A stretch of 62,923 nucleotides of DNA, filler included, from Choristocarpus tenellus KU-1152 (Eukaryota; Protista; Phaeophyceae): NCBI GenBank assembly GCA_964200185.2. It is 10 parts of 10 records of this genome, joined end to end, with 100 filler letters (N's around TTAATTAATTAA, not from the genome) between each part and the next. Parts side by side here need not be neighbours in the genome. Positions count along the whole stretch, not along the records: positions 11,225 to 17,527 come from CAXNAD020008432.1; positions 17,628 to 20,423 come from CAXNAD020024681.1; positions 20,524 to 36,130 come from CAXNAD020000964.1; 7 more parts are not named here. One strand, given 5' to 3'. Under the pieces are notes generated by a model. It made no database searches, was not told the DNA's origin, and was given only the letters and a program-made list of their open reading frames with translations. This document shows positions 13,157 to 26,500 of the stretch, piece after piece. Every line of letters begins with the position of its first letter. The first letter of the stretch is position 1. A program made the translations under genes and the position numbers.

Positions 13157-16100
13157 ATGGTGCAGTTGAGCTTCGACCCTATGGCCTTCGGCATTCAGAA
13201 AGGTTGTTCTTTAGACTGTTCTGAAGAGAGCAGCAGGGACAAAATAATTCTCCCATTTGGAGAACGTGCCCTCCTCTCACGGCACAAAGGTCATGTCATG
13301 TCGGCACAGTCGGTGCTGCCAGGTCATGGTCAATCCTGTTCAAGAGTGTGCTTCTTGAAACAAAAACCATTACATGTTGGGAAGACGATGCAAGGAAAAA
13401 ATTGTTCGTCACCAGGCGTCATCTCAGAAACAGAGACTATGGGGCAACGAAACGAATGTCAACAGGTGCAACAGTGGAGGTGCTTTCGATCGCTATGTTC
13501 CCCAGGAAAGAGCCCAAAGAGGAAGAATCCAGCTTTCTCCTGGGCAAGTGCGAGGATGAAAGGCGTCTTGGATATTCAGGGTGATGCAGTTGGGAGTGAG
13601 CAATTGCCCAGTGAACCTTGTAGTGCCGATCGCGCTGCCCAGCGGCTTGGACGGATGCTTCTGTCGGCTTTAGCTCAGGGTCGCTTTGAAAAGAGAGGAG
13701 AATGTGATAATCCCGCTGTCGTACGACTTGCGAGTGCTTCCCTCGTTGATAGTAGTGATGTTGCGAGAAGAACCAGCCGCCTCTTCATTGACAGGTTCCT
13801 CCGGAGCTTTGGGAGCTCCTCGGACACGGCAGACAGGCATGGCATGGCGATGTTGTGTAAAATTGAACGTCTTCGCACCACACTCTCTGTCACATCGACC
13901 ACACCACACAGTAGAGATGATATTTTTATGTCAGAGAGAGGTGGTTTTGAAGGTGACCACCAAACGGGTGCGAGAAAGGGGTCATCAGCACGTTCTGCTA
14001 TAACGAGCAGAAAACGCAGCGACGCTCGGCAAAGAAAGATCCTAATAGCAACAGCCTTTCAAATCCTGGAGGAAGTGGCAGCACGTCACCGTGCAACACA
14101 CCCTGTACTCCAGGTTGTTGCAGACTGCCTCTCGCCGGGTATCTTTGCAACACCTTCACCTGATCGTAACTCAATGACATACTTGTCAAGCAACACAGTT
14201 GAGGAAAACCAGTTACAGGACACTTGTGTGGAGCTCTCAAGGCGCATGTGGTTTGAGGAGTCTAGCCTTCGTCAGGTGTGAACCAGTTACTAGTTATATT
14301 TGGATAGTTATCAATTTGAGCAGATTAACCCATTGTAGTGTTTGACGTTAAGAAAGCCTTTGAGTACAACTATTCATTTCCACTATCAACCTTCACCGAA
14401 AGATGCTCTTGCCAGGGTTACCCAACTGCTGATTGTATTGCAAGATTCTTTTCACAATGTGCTTACTCATTCTTTCACCGAAATGAGTAATTTTAGCAAC
14501 AACGCGTGTCTTCATCTCTTCAGCACAAAAGCAGTTTTCCAGTCCAAAATGTTTGAACAAGCCTAAGAACAGAAACTTTTGGTCTACGGAAGAACATCTG
14601 TTCTTTCTCTTCAAAGTATCCTGTCTCCGCTGTGCACATTCAAAGTACCACCATTGGTAGCCCATGAATATATTATAACTATACCAAACATCACGAGCTT
14701 CTCTGATCTCTTCCATTTACTACCTGGTATAGGCTGTTGAAGAAAAGGTCAAAGGTCTATTGCAACGTGTGCAGGTACTTGAGGGACAGTTGGGCCTTGC
14801 CAACCTTGAACTAGGGCACTACCGAAGTCATGTCAAAAAGGTGATTGAGTCGTACTACTGTAGAAAATTGACAAATGGGTCTAAGATGAACTCTTGCTTC
14901 AAATGCTGATAGCAGGCTCAGACATAAAGTAACATCACCCCCTGTAATTTTACCTTCCTCCATTGGCTATCCCAGTGATATTGTGTGCAGAAAGTCGGAA
15001 CCTAGTTAGACACAAGCTGAGGACGGACGCCGGCACCCACCCCCCAGATACTTTGACCCTGAGAGTGTAGCCTGGGCTATGCCTTTGATTGCATTCAAAG
15101 CAAAGAATGCAGCTGTTTTTAATTACCACCACTGCCCATATTGCAGCTCCTCCTAATGAATATGACTCCAACATTGATAGACAATACTGCGACTCTGTGA
15201 TCTCATTCTCTAATTGTGACTACTTTGACGATACATGAAATAATAGGGAATAACACCTGAGGAACCAGAATACTCTGGCATTGACAACCATCATTGGCAA
15301 GCTGAGACACATCCCACTCTGCCAAGCACCCACTTGGACGATGATTTGGTAAGGTCAGAGTCAGTCCTTGACTTTTTTTGCGAGAGAAGCAAGGGTTAAT
15401 GACTTGAGCTAGTGTCGAGCACATTGAAGTGCCTTCATTGAAATATCTTTTGGCTACTCCGTTCTTCACTTCAGAACATATCCCCTGCCCTACATTGATA
15501 CACGGGTCCCATCAACTACTAAGTGGTTGAGTTGAGCAGCGACTCTAGAACTGTCAACTCATCAACCATACATATTTCTTGATTAGTACCAATATATTTT
15601 TCTTTCTTTTGAGTTTCGGTTAGTTTTCCACGTGTTGATAAAAAAAGGTCCTGACTTAAGACATAGAGTGATTCATGTCTCCTTGCTGATTCTTTAGCAC
15701 GCTATAGCACTCTGTAGCACTCTGTAGCAAATTCATTTCTCTGTTGTACCTTCTCACTTTGAGTGTATGTCCTACAAAAACCCTCCTTCTACATTTTGGA
15801 AGAAGCAATTAAAAAACAAAACAATGGATTAATTACCTGCCAAATATGACGCTAAAGGCGAATATATATATATATATATATTTGAGGTATTTAAGAAAGA
15901 AAATTTTCGATTTCCTGACTTTTCGGTATTTTGATCTGCAAAAAGTCATTGCTCACTCCTGCGTTCACGAATATTGTGCCCACAAACATCTAGAATTTGT
16001 TATGACCGACATTAATAGACTAGATAATTCATCCATCCTCTGACTCTTTCTCTTGTGTGAGGGGATAAGTGTCTATGTGGAGGTGCATTACTTATTGTAA

Positions 16101-16779
16101 CTGACCAGTGATTCAAAAGTCAACAACTGTCAGTTCTGTCAAGGTTCAACAATGTTCTTGGTAGTTTAATAAAAAGGTGGTGTAATGACAATATCCTCAA
16201 GCACTACTCTTGCAAATGGATTCCTCTGTCTGCATTGTTAGTTGTCTGTTGCAATGTCTGAACACTTCCTCTACAACTGTCACCATTCTCCTTATCAACA
16301 CATCTATGGCTAGACAGAGTGGCCTTCCTGAAGACACAATCAATTCACCTGACTGGAATAGATCATTTCACACAATGCAATTTTGAGGCAAACTATGAAG
16401 AAGCTTACATGTCTGGGAAGTAGAAATACATATATATATATATATATTCCCATAAGTTAACTAGGTACCTGAGGTCAGATACATGTCATGCCACAACACT
16501 CACCTTAGTAATATATTTTAATTGCCATTCACTGGGGATATGAATAGTCCACAAGCGTCAAAGGTCATTCAACTGGGTATTGAGAGCAAGCAAAATACTA
16601 TACCCAGGATGACAATGCTGATTTCCTTGATAATATTACCATGGATTCAGCAGGTGGATCACAGCAAGGAGTTTGAGGCCGCAAAGATGGCTAAGGAGCA
16701 GGAAGCCATGAAGGTTGCTATTGCAAAGTATGCAGAGCAAGAGCAAGAATCTGCAGACAAGATCTCAGCACTGAGAGAG
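13157..16779 (+). CDS. Hypothetical coiled-coil protein (partial)
   Basis: 373-codon first exon 13157-14275 ending CAG|GT, then phase-0 exons 14733-14840 (AVEEKVKGLLQRVQVLEGQLGLANLELGHYRSHVKK) and ~16654-16779 (VDHSKEFEAAKMAKEQEAMKVAIAKYAEQEQESADKISALRE). Confidence 0.65.
15021..15059 (+). mobile_element. MITE family C right-end fragment
   Basis: ACGGACGCCGGCACCCACCCCCCAGATACTTTGACCC matches the right end of 25403-25579. Confidence 0.6.
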
Positions 16780-17507
16780 GTCTAGTAAAACGTGGTGTGA
16801 CTATCTACCTTCTTGCTACCTCCATCTGCCCAGAGTTTGATAGCAACAAATGGGTAGCCTGTAACATCTAGAGTTTTATCACAAGATGTTAGTTGTCAAC
16901 ATCTTTCTACTCTGGATTGGTTGTTAACTTTTCTTAGAAGGTTCATGTGCAAGGCTAACCCCTAAATGGACGAAGATTCAATCTATTCTTCTCAAGACGT
17001 GCATGCTGTCCATGAACCGGTCTATCTTGTGTATCTGACTCTGTAGCAGTTTGATAAAACAAGGCAACCAAATTGTGTTGTGCTTTGAAAATATTGTAAT
17101 GGCATCACGGATGAAGATTGGTTGGAAATAAGCTCGAGATTAGGACCATTTTATTTGGTGAGCAGACATGGTTTAGAGGGCCAGAGTCATACAGTGACAG
17201 ATAAGCAATAGTGGACACTTTGTCGTTAAAACACGAGTGTAGGGACCCCCCCCTCAAGTCTTGCATAGCTGCCTTCTTTCAAAGCTTCACGTGCACTCAT
17301 TCATATGTTTTGCAAGTGCATGCGGTTCCCTTAGAGAGCACACCTGTACTGCCCTGGGTGTGTTGTTACACACTTCCATTTGTGAAACGCTGGAGTTGGT
17401 TGGAGTTGAAGGAGGTAGTCGTTCCAAATTTGATATCTATACCATGCCCCAAGCTGAAGAACCGTGATCCCTGGGATTCATCTTTGTTGCCCAGTTGATG
17501 GTGCTCA

Positions 17508-17527
17508 GGGTCAAAGTATCTGGGGGG
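17508..17527 (+). mobile_element. MITE family C left terminus, truncated by contig end
   Basis: GGGTCAAAGTATCTGGGGGG immediately before the gap. Confidence 0.6.
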
Positions 17528-17627
17528 NNNNNNNNNNNNNNNNNNNNNNNNNNNNNNNNNNNNNNNNNNNNTTAATTAATTAANNNNNNNNNNNNNNNNN
17601 NNNNNNNNNNNNNNNNNNNNNNNNNNN

Positions 17628-17700
17628 CATATGTATATAGTTTTCATTGGTTTCCCCCTGACACATCTGCAAAATGTCAGAGGGCATAATAATATAAATA
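17628..17700 (+). mobile_element. Short dispersed repeat, probable LINE/SINE 3' tail; other copies ~30270-30345(-), 46738-46800(+), 46805-46862(-), 53448-53495(-)
   Basis: Shared core CTGACACATCTGCAAAATGTCAGAGGG (stem CTGACA/TGTCAG), followed in most copies by (TAA)n/(TA)n tails. Confidence 0.6.
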
Positions 17701-18522
17701 TGATGGTGGTAACGATAGTGATAATGATAGTGATAATAATTATAATTAAGATAGACTACTAACAGCAGTACTACAACTAGGTATAAATAGTATTATTACT
17801 ATTATTTTAGCGCACTACTACTATAAAAAAGCAGGATATAACATTACATCATCAGAAGAGAAACGATGGTAGCAGTGGTATGGTCGAACCTGACCCGTAT
17901 AGAACTAAGCACAGAAGGAGGGCAATATGGGGGGTCGGTGTCCACAACAAGCAAAAACACGGGCATGCAAACCATTGCATGAAAACAAAAAATCTTTGTT
18001 GAGTGGGGAGCAAAACATCTATACCGTGACTTTGGTCAGTTTTCCTGATAGTTCTACCTGAAGTATTTTTTTCACGCATCATAAACAACAAGACCAAGTG
18101 CTTCGTACTTTCATTCGACAAAGCAGGAACCCGTGACTTGATACAGCAAGGCAAATATGTGATTAAACGTACTATGCCAGATATAGCTTGCACCCAAGAT
18201 CTTTCACATTTTTTTTTAACTCTTACTCCAATATATAAGATCGGGACGAAACAGCATTGGGACAAGAAGATTGATAGTGTGGGGTAAGAAATGTAGATGT
18301 GTGAAAGACAGTACCACAACCACGTCATTCATTCATTGTTTGCCCACAAATTCCCCTCTTCGTCATAGTAGTAGTAGTAGAAGTAGTAGTAGTAGTAGTG
18401 ATATTAGTATTGGCTCAAGTAGTAGCAGATACAATAGAGGCCACTCGAGGTTACAAAGTATGCTCCTTCCCTCTCCTTGAATTCTCATTCCTTGTTCAGG
18501 GCTTGCAAATATCAGGTAGTAC

Positions 18523-18984
18523 TGTTACAGGCGCCCCTCAGAGCTCACCTCCACAGGATGTACAACTCAAATCCAATTCACAGACCAACGCACGTCAGCT
18601 CAGCAGAACAGGAGTACTCTCAGGTGAACCAAGTAGCACGAGGAAGTGTGTGCAACGGTATCATCAGCCAAGAGAGATATAAGGAACAAAAAACTGAATA
18701 GGTGGGTCCTGTAGGTCAGAAGAACTGAGCCGTTTGGAGTCGTTTTTAGGATCTCTTATCATCATTTACCGTTGTTGGGGCTTCTGGTTTACAGACATTG
18801 GAATATATCTGAGAACCTTTGTGACCTTTCCATCTGGGACCCTTTGCGACTTTCCCGAGTTACAGATTTTATTCTTCAACTTTTAGGCTAATCGGAGTTC
18901 CCCCTTTTGGGGTTACCCACGCGCGTACACTGCTCGCGCCAGTTAAAGCGTGGGAGGAAATACTCGCGCTATTCGCCTGTAACA
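18523..18984. mobile_element. Solo LTR (462 bp)
   Basis: TGTTACAG...CTGTAACA termini, GTAC direct repeat on both flanks, both ends homologous to 58996-59603. Confidence 0.85.
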
Positions 18985-20349
18985 GTACAAGCCTCTTGCG
19001 GAGTTATCGCTTGCAAATCACCCCTTTGCTCCACTCCCATCCTGTGTCAAGGTCGACCCTCCCTTGTAGCTTGGGTGCCTTATTTTTTTACCCACCTTGG
19101 TGTCTCTCTCCCATTCCTTCTCTGTCCCCTGCTGGGGTGTGACCGTCATATCGTCTGGGGTGTAGGGTCCATTGACATACCGCTGGAATGTACTGCATTG
19201 GTTTGGAGTACATTTCTCGGTCGTTAGGGCTTAGCCGAGCCATCTTCAACTACTGTCCTCGTGCGTCAAAAATGGCTCCTGCTGGTGCCACATTAGTGAT
19301 ACGACCAACCATGAAGTGGCAGTTATCTGCGAGAAGGAACGCATACATGACTACTCTGGTGCTTGAAAGCAACCCGTGTCGGTCTCTTTCTCTGTCCCTT
19401 ATGACCACGTGTCTCCTCCTTGTCCCCAGAACCTGAACCTTCCCCACCATCCCCGTCAACATTGTCATCACCGTCATGATGATCACTGTCGTCCATTTCC
19501 TCGTGGTCGTGTAGGTAGATGTTGTCTGTTCCATGTACAAGGTGATATCGGTATTGAATTCAATTTCGGCTTGGCACCATAGTCCATGGGCTTGATCTAC
19601 GTAGCCTCACGGAAGACCTCAAGCTTTCCTGTCTCTGAGGGGGCATGTTGGTTTTTAGGAGGGATTGTCATGTACAGATTAAGGAGATAATAAGGGTAAT
19701 CAGTTCATAGCTACTCGAGAGCCAAAGTAAATGCAAGGTACCCACGTTTTTGGATGTTTTGGATTTTAAGCCAATCTTTTCACCTCTTGAAACCCAACCT
19801 TATTCCTATAGATGAAGTGCTAAGATGGACTTGAGAGCGTTGATTTCTGTAATATTTGAGAAAATTCCGACAGATTTCACAAATGCCCATGTTGGCATAG
19901 AATTTTTTTTTTTACATTTGTCCGTCTTCTTAAAATGCAACCCTGAGTAGCTCGCGTTTACTTTGGTCTAATATGTGTTGGAGAAGCGTGTTATTGTAGC
20001 AGTATATATATATGTGATTGAATTGTGGCTAAATTTTCCAAAAAAGGTAAAATTTCCACGAAAGAAGAAGGGTGTTATGCTACAGAATAATCTATGGAAG
20101 AGGTGGTAGGTTATGTGTTGGTGGTGTTGGTGGTGTGGCGGTAGTGGTAGTGGTAACAGTAATGGATGAAGGTGATCAGATGAAGTAAGTAGTAGCTGAT
20201 ACGTTAATGTAGCGAAACTTGTAAAAATAAATAATGGAAACGATGGGTACAAATAAATGCACTTGTAAATGTCCTGTTACGAGGGCGAGATCGGCTGCAT
20301 GTCTTTGTGGAAGAGTCAATTATCAGACTCAACAACGCATGGGGGCAGC

Positions 20350-20423
20350 ATGTATGTATGTATGTATGTATGTATGTATGTATGTATGTATGTATGTATG
20401 TATGTATGTATGTATGTATGTAT
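20350..20423. repeat. (TATG)n microsatellite at contig end
   Basis: Perfect tetranucleotide array. Confidence 0.95.
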
Positions 20424-20523
20424 NNNNNNNNNNNNNNNNNNNNNNNNNNNNNNNNNNNNNNNNNNNNTTAATTAATTAANNNNNNNNNNNNNNNNNNNNN
20501 NNNNNNNNNNNNNNNNNNNNNNN

Positions 20524-23500
20524 ATTTTGCGGTCTGATGCTTGACTTTGGTTAGAGAGCTCTGCCTCATGTACCTTCATTTGCCAATACTTCTCAAATCC
20601 AAACGGTCGACATTCACCAGGAAGATTGGCGGCAGCAACTTGCACGCCGTTCCTTAGCGGGTACTGACCAGGAGCAGTCACTTCCATCCCGTTCAGGCGA
20701 ATGATGAGGGCGCCATCAGCAAGACATGGCTCCCCAGCAGTAGAGCATGAGGACTCCATATCACAAATGTTTTTGACCAAGATTTCGATTGTGTTGATCT
20801 CACCCTCAAGGTCAGCTACAATGATACCCAATCCTGTTATGTATGTGATGATTGGAAGCTCAGGTACTGGAGTAGTTACCCTCATATTGATTGTTACAGG
20901 TCCGTCGGTAACCAGGTTGTACCAACCACCATTCTCCCCAGTGAACTGGAAGTGTTGACCAGAAAATCCGGTCAGGTGGGGATCTCCAGTTGCCCCTGTG
21001 AGGATTAGAATCATTATCGATGGGGGATCGTCAGGTGATGCCTAGAGCATATTATATGATGTTTGAACATTATGTTCAGTAAGGTCTACACTACTGTAGG
21101 TGTAAAAGAGAAGAGAGAACAGTAGGTTTGATCAGCTGGCCGCAAAAAAAAACAGATTGTCTTCTATAGAAGACGAGAGTACAAATTAAAACGAGACTGT
21201 CAGGTCGTGATGTAACCTCTCCAGGCCCGCTCCCAACAGCGGCAACCTCAAGAATGTATTTGCAGTAGATCAGAGAATGCTGCCCACCCTCATCATCTTG
21301 AGAGTGAAAGTACCGTAAAGGTAAGAAATTTTTAAGTAAAAGTTTCTTAGTGGGTACGATTCCCTGTATGTTCATTTGGGGTTTGGCTTCCCATGGTCCC
21401 TTTTTATGACATTTTCCTACTCGAAAATGTTTCGGGGTAGGTAAAATGTGTATGTTATGAAAAGGTGTGTCCAGAACAAGGATATTGACACTTCGTAGCA
21501 AACATGATAGCCAAATTACATCAAAATTACGACATTGGATTTTGGCCCCCAAATGGACGCTGCTCTACCCTCTAAGATACTTTGGGTTTTCCCCTTATTA
21601 ATGGGTTTAGGACTTGACTTCTAAGCTACACTCTATTTCCTCACATTTTGGGGGCTCGTAAGAGGATTATGTGAATCCCTAGTTGGTCAGTATGGTAAAT
21701 TCGAAACTGACCCGTGAGATGCAATATCTGGCACCTACGAATGTTGCTGACAATGGTAATAGATTATTAGAAGCTGTAAAATCATGAGCTTTGATCGAAC
21801 TCTCCGTCATGTAAACCAGACCAAAAAAAATTGATTCAGTCCTGTGTTTATAAATTATGCATCTACCACTGAAGCAACAGCAATTTGGATCCAGTAGACA
21901 TTTCGTATTTTAATTATTTTTTAGACAACAAAGAATACGTGGACACAATAGTAGCATTTGCACTCAGATTAAATTGCACATGTTCTTCATTGCCAATCTG
22001 TCTCATCTGAAATCCTCGTGTTCTTTTTGTTATCAGGAAAACAGATGAACCATATACTTTTTTATCCCTAGCGGTTTCAATTGTTGCTGACGGTAAATTT
22101 TACCTGTGAATTTCGTGATAACATGGTACAGGAACAGTAGATAATCATACCCTTCGAAATACTACTGTATCATGTCATTCAAGGCAGCTTGCTGATGGGT
22201 TTTACATGCTAATATTACTCCGCTGTAGAATACAGCTGAAGGGGCTTCGTTGTAACAAATGACTTAATGGGTGATAAAGCTTATGATACCACTATCTGCA
22301 TCAACATCTACAAATAAATGGGTGCAGTTGATTGGCAGTCATATGTTTGTAAGTGTAAGTAGTCTGGTGATGTTTGGGGTACAGATTTCTACTTTCAAGA
22401 ATTCCATCAACAGCACAGAAAAACAAAATGCCTTGGCATTGACATGCAACTTGAAGATAGACTTTCACAGCAAGTGTAAAAACAACATTTTGTTGACAAA
22501 GTGTTCCAAATTCAAAATAATTTTTATATTATTTACAATCTTACGCCATTGAAGATTCCGTGGCACTTACCCTGCTGACATACACCCCCATCGCAGACAC
22601 CTTCACAGCAGTTGGCAGGGTCACATGTCTCGCCCACTATCGGACAGGACCTAAAATTGGCAACCGTAACCTACAAAGCAGTTCCAATTTTGTAACAAAT
22701 ATGAGAATTGTTTCACAGACAAACTTCGTTTCAGCTCACGGTCTTCACGAAGCACAAACAAAACAAAAAACATCTCACCATTGCATCGCGGATCCTTTGT
22801 GCATTGTTTGCTGTTGCTGTACCAAGTACTCTGCCTTCATAACTGATGTCAGGATTGGAGAAATAGGGTACCCTCTGGGCAAACCAACAATCCTGTTGGT
22901 AGGCCATGATTGTACGGATTCTTGACAATGGGGCAGATATTGGTTGTAAGTGGATTCATGGTTATTTTCCTCAGGAAAACTGATGCCACAGTACTTACCA
23001 ATATTCCAACTCAGAATGCAACACAATATTACATCAAGCTGCCTCTTGGAAAATAGCAATTCTTTTTTTTTGTCTTCATCATCTTAGAGTAATGGCACCT
23101 CATCCTCTCACTGGGAAGGAAGTGGCTTGGGGCTATCTATACTATGTACTACAGTTCTCATGCTACATTTTCACGTCATGGATTAATTCACTTCCAAAAA
23201 TGAAGTCTCTTTGCATCATATTACATGGAGATCTCTTACATGTATGCCCATGATAACAACACTCAAATCCCTCCATAATAAAATGCAACTTACAACTCAC
23301 TCACTTGTCTGTAGTGTCGCAGTACCGGTACCCGTATGCATAGTCTAAACCTGGACTCGCATTTTCAATATTGTGGTGGCAGCCCAAGTTGTGTCCAATC
23401 TCATGGGTGTGAGTGTGGTAGTTCATACAGACCTTATCTGTGACTGAAAAGCCATAAGTATCGCTCCAAGAATATAATGGATTTAGTAAGTACCTGTAGC

Positions 23501-26500
23501 AAAAATCGCACTGGTCACGCACAACACTTGCTGAAGATGTATATTCGAATTATCACTTTTAGGTCTGCCTATCCCTATTTTTCTCCCGGAACAACACATT
23601 ATTAAAACTGAATGAAAAAAATCTAGATCTACTCCATGAAGAAACCACGTGTCTCTACGTATTAAATAGTATTTTCCCTGGGGTTTCTGTACAAAACCAG
23701 AAGTGTCTGCCAGAGGACCTGTGCAGAAACCTATGTATGCTATTTTTCTCACCCCAAACCACAGTAATCCGTGAAGACACCAATGAACTGTACGAGGTCA
23801 GCACTATATATCTCACGCAAGCTGTGGGCGTCTGCCATAGCTCCAGTTCGTAAATCAGTCAGTGCTTGGCTCATATCTGAAGGTGTCTCTGTGTAACTCG
23901 TCTATGTGACCAATTGTTTTTGTCAAAGGGCACGTAAAGTTATGTATCACAAAAAGGTTCTTGGTTGCGAAATACACAATTCTCTCACAAAACGTGTTAC
24001 TGTAATTTAGCAACAAACTCTTATTGTTATACAGCAAAACAGTTTTTCCGATCACGGTACACTCAACTTTAGGTAGCGGGAATACAATCTACAGAAAAAT
24101 CAAAAAAGCCTGTAGCGACAAAAAACACAAAACATTGATCAAACTGCTACCGCCTTTCTCAAATGGTTTTAACGGTTTTGCACTGTGAGAAGTAAGCTGT
24201 AACAGTTATCTTTCATTTGGGGATACATGAAGAGGATATTGAATTATTGACTGATACAGCACGGTGGTACAGTTGATATCAAGGTTGCATGCACATACAG
24301 ACTTTTGTGTTCAGTGTAAGGAGACAAGGGAGTTGTAGTAACTAAGATATTTACTTCAAAGTAGTCAATGGACGTCATACTACTTTGCTTCCGTTTTGCA
24401 AGACAAAATATTCCCAACACGTTCTCAAGATTCGATTCACTCCACCAGTAACAACTTCTGTTGTCAACATCTTACCTTGGCTATGTGCACAATGTTGAAG
24501 GCGAGATCAACTTCGGAATTTTGAAGTACTAGGTTGGACGATTCAAAAAATGTGCCAACTTCGGATTCGAACTGATCTTCAGTATCGGTAGATAAGGCAC
24601 TGTCTGAGTAGAGAAGTAAGACGTCGATCTTGATACACAAACAGGTTGGAAGAGGGGCATACAAGGGTTAGATGTCAAATCTTGTGGATCTCTGGGCAAG
24701 AGAAAAAAGGTTAACCTTGTATCTTTTTCACTTCTCAAAAAAGAGAAATGTTCAAACGTTATCCATAAAGCTAAATGTTTCCTAGGGAAAGAATTTTGAT
24801 AGGACCTAGAACAATTTAATTGTCTAAGAGAAATTGCTCACTACGTATGTAGGGATATGGGACAGTTATTGTAAGCCGAAATATGGCCTGAAGTATCTGG
24901 GAGTGTGTGGCAGATGACAATGTTGGGTCAATGTTTTAATACCTCGATTTTTGGGTGATTTGGTGGCATACATCGTATAGGTAATGTAAATACACATTAT
25001 CCAATATTGTTCCGAATAGATACTCTGGTATAGACCCCGCCACCTCTCCCAGATGCTTTGGGTCAAATATGCATTGTCAGTCAATTCAACATGTGCTCTC
25101 AACACCAGTCACACCGTGAGTCCTCAAGTCAAGTGTGACAGGTAGATAAACACTAGCCTGAGTGCCGTCCTCTAATCTTCGTCCGCTGGGCATAACCAAA
25201 TTGTTCCTCGACTGTTTCTTGAGACCTTCATTGTGAAACACCACCTTGTCTTCATCACTCGCAGACAGATAGTTCTGAATCATTGTACAGTCCATTAAAG
25301 GTAAGGTAATCAAGGCACAACCAGGGGAAGAAATAATTGGTTTATAATTTGGTCAGCAGAAAGCACTCCAACCAGTGCACCTCGAAGGCCATAACGTGCC
25401 AAGGGTCAACGCATCTGGAGGAGGGGGGAGTTTTGTGAGGGAACGTCCGTTTTGGTCAAACAATTTTTTTCTTGCTGACATTTTAAAGCCGATAAATGCG
25501 ACCAAATCACACCCAAAAAATGAAAATCGAAAAAAGGGAGAAAAACGGACGCCGACACCCCCCCCAGATACGTTGACCCTAAAGAATACTCTATTTTTAT
25601 TTTCATGAAGCGTGTAGTTCAGAATGAAAGACTGTGATGGCTGTATTTTAAGTGTTACAAAATAGAGATTATCTTTGTATGAAGGCACAAAAAATCGAAA
25701 TATATCCAGTAATCTCTACTGATGTTAGTGCTATGAGAATAACCTAGTCTCCTGGTGAAGTACAAATGGACGATACTATACTTCAGTATTTGATCTTTGA
25801 GTAAGAGTCTACAAGTTATATGAGTATGAAAAGCTACGTAACTGTGGTTTATAGAGGATAAACAGTATTACGTCCAGATTTACTGGGATGAGAATTACTA
25901 GTGGCAGCCTATATTCCTCATCCCTTAGACTTGCCTCTGAGTCAGTGCCTAGTTAAAACTGATTCCAAGTAGACACCTTTCAACATTTTTGTAATGTGTA
26001 TTCACCAAAGTGTACAAAACAACTGTTTTCACGCCACCAATTCTCAATACTGCCCTTTCCTTGACTACAAAGGTATTCTCCCACCTACACCTGCAATTAT
26101 TGGGTGTACAAAGAACGTATTGTGTTCTTTTTGGGGTGCTGCAGTTGTGGGTGTGAACACACTCGTTATTAGGCCAACAGAAGCGTCTGCAAGCACAAGT
26201 AAGTTGCAGTTGACAACACAAAAAGAATTATCCTTGGGATTTTACTGCATTAGTGATTCTATGCATCTTGCACGCTTCAACATTACCATCCTGCAAACGT
26301 GAGAAGCACCACAATGCCAACCTTACCTCAAGCATGTTGATGTCTTTTTGCTTGGAATCCAAGTCAGGATTTTTCTGTCTGGCAGCTTCTGCTCCAAGTG
26401 CTGCATCTTCACGGAGTTTACGCATTACCTGACTCTTCGACTCTAGGCGATTTTCTCGTAGTCCACGTTTGGAATTCTCTGTTCCAAGTAAACTTGAAGG

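Noticed and set aside
19000-19620. Acidic, Gly-rich exon-like frame on the minus strand (HDHEEMDDSDHHDGDDNVDGDGGEGSGSGDKEE)
   Set aside because: In-frame stop upstream, no recognisable domain, no consistent splice model.
20234-20479. ORFs with (MYVC)n repeats
   Set aside because: Translation of the (TATG)n microsatellite.
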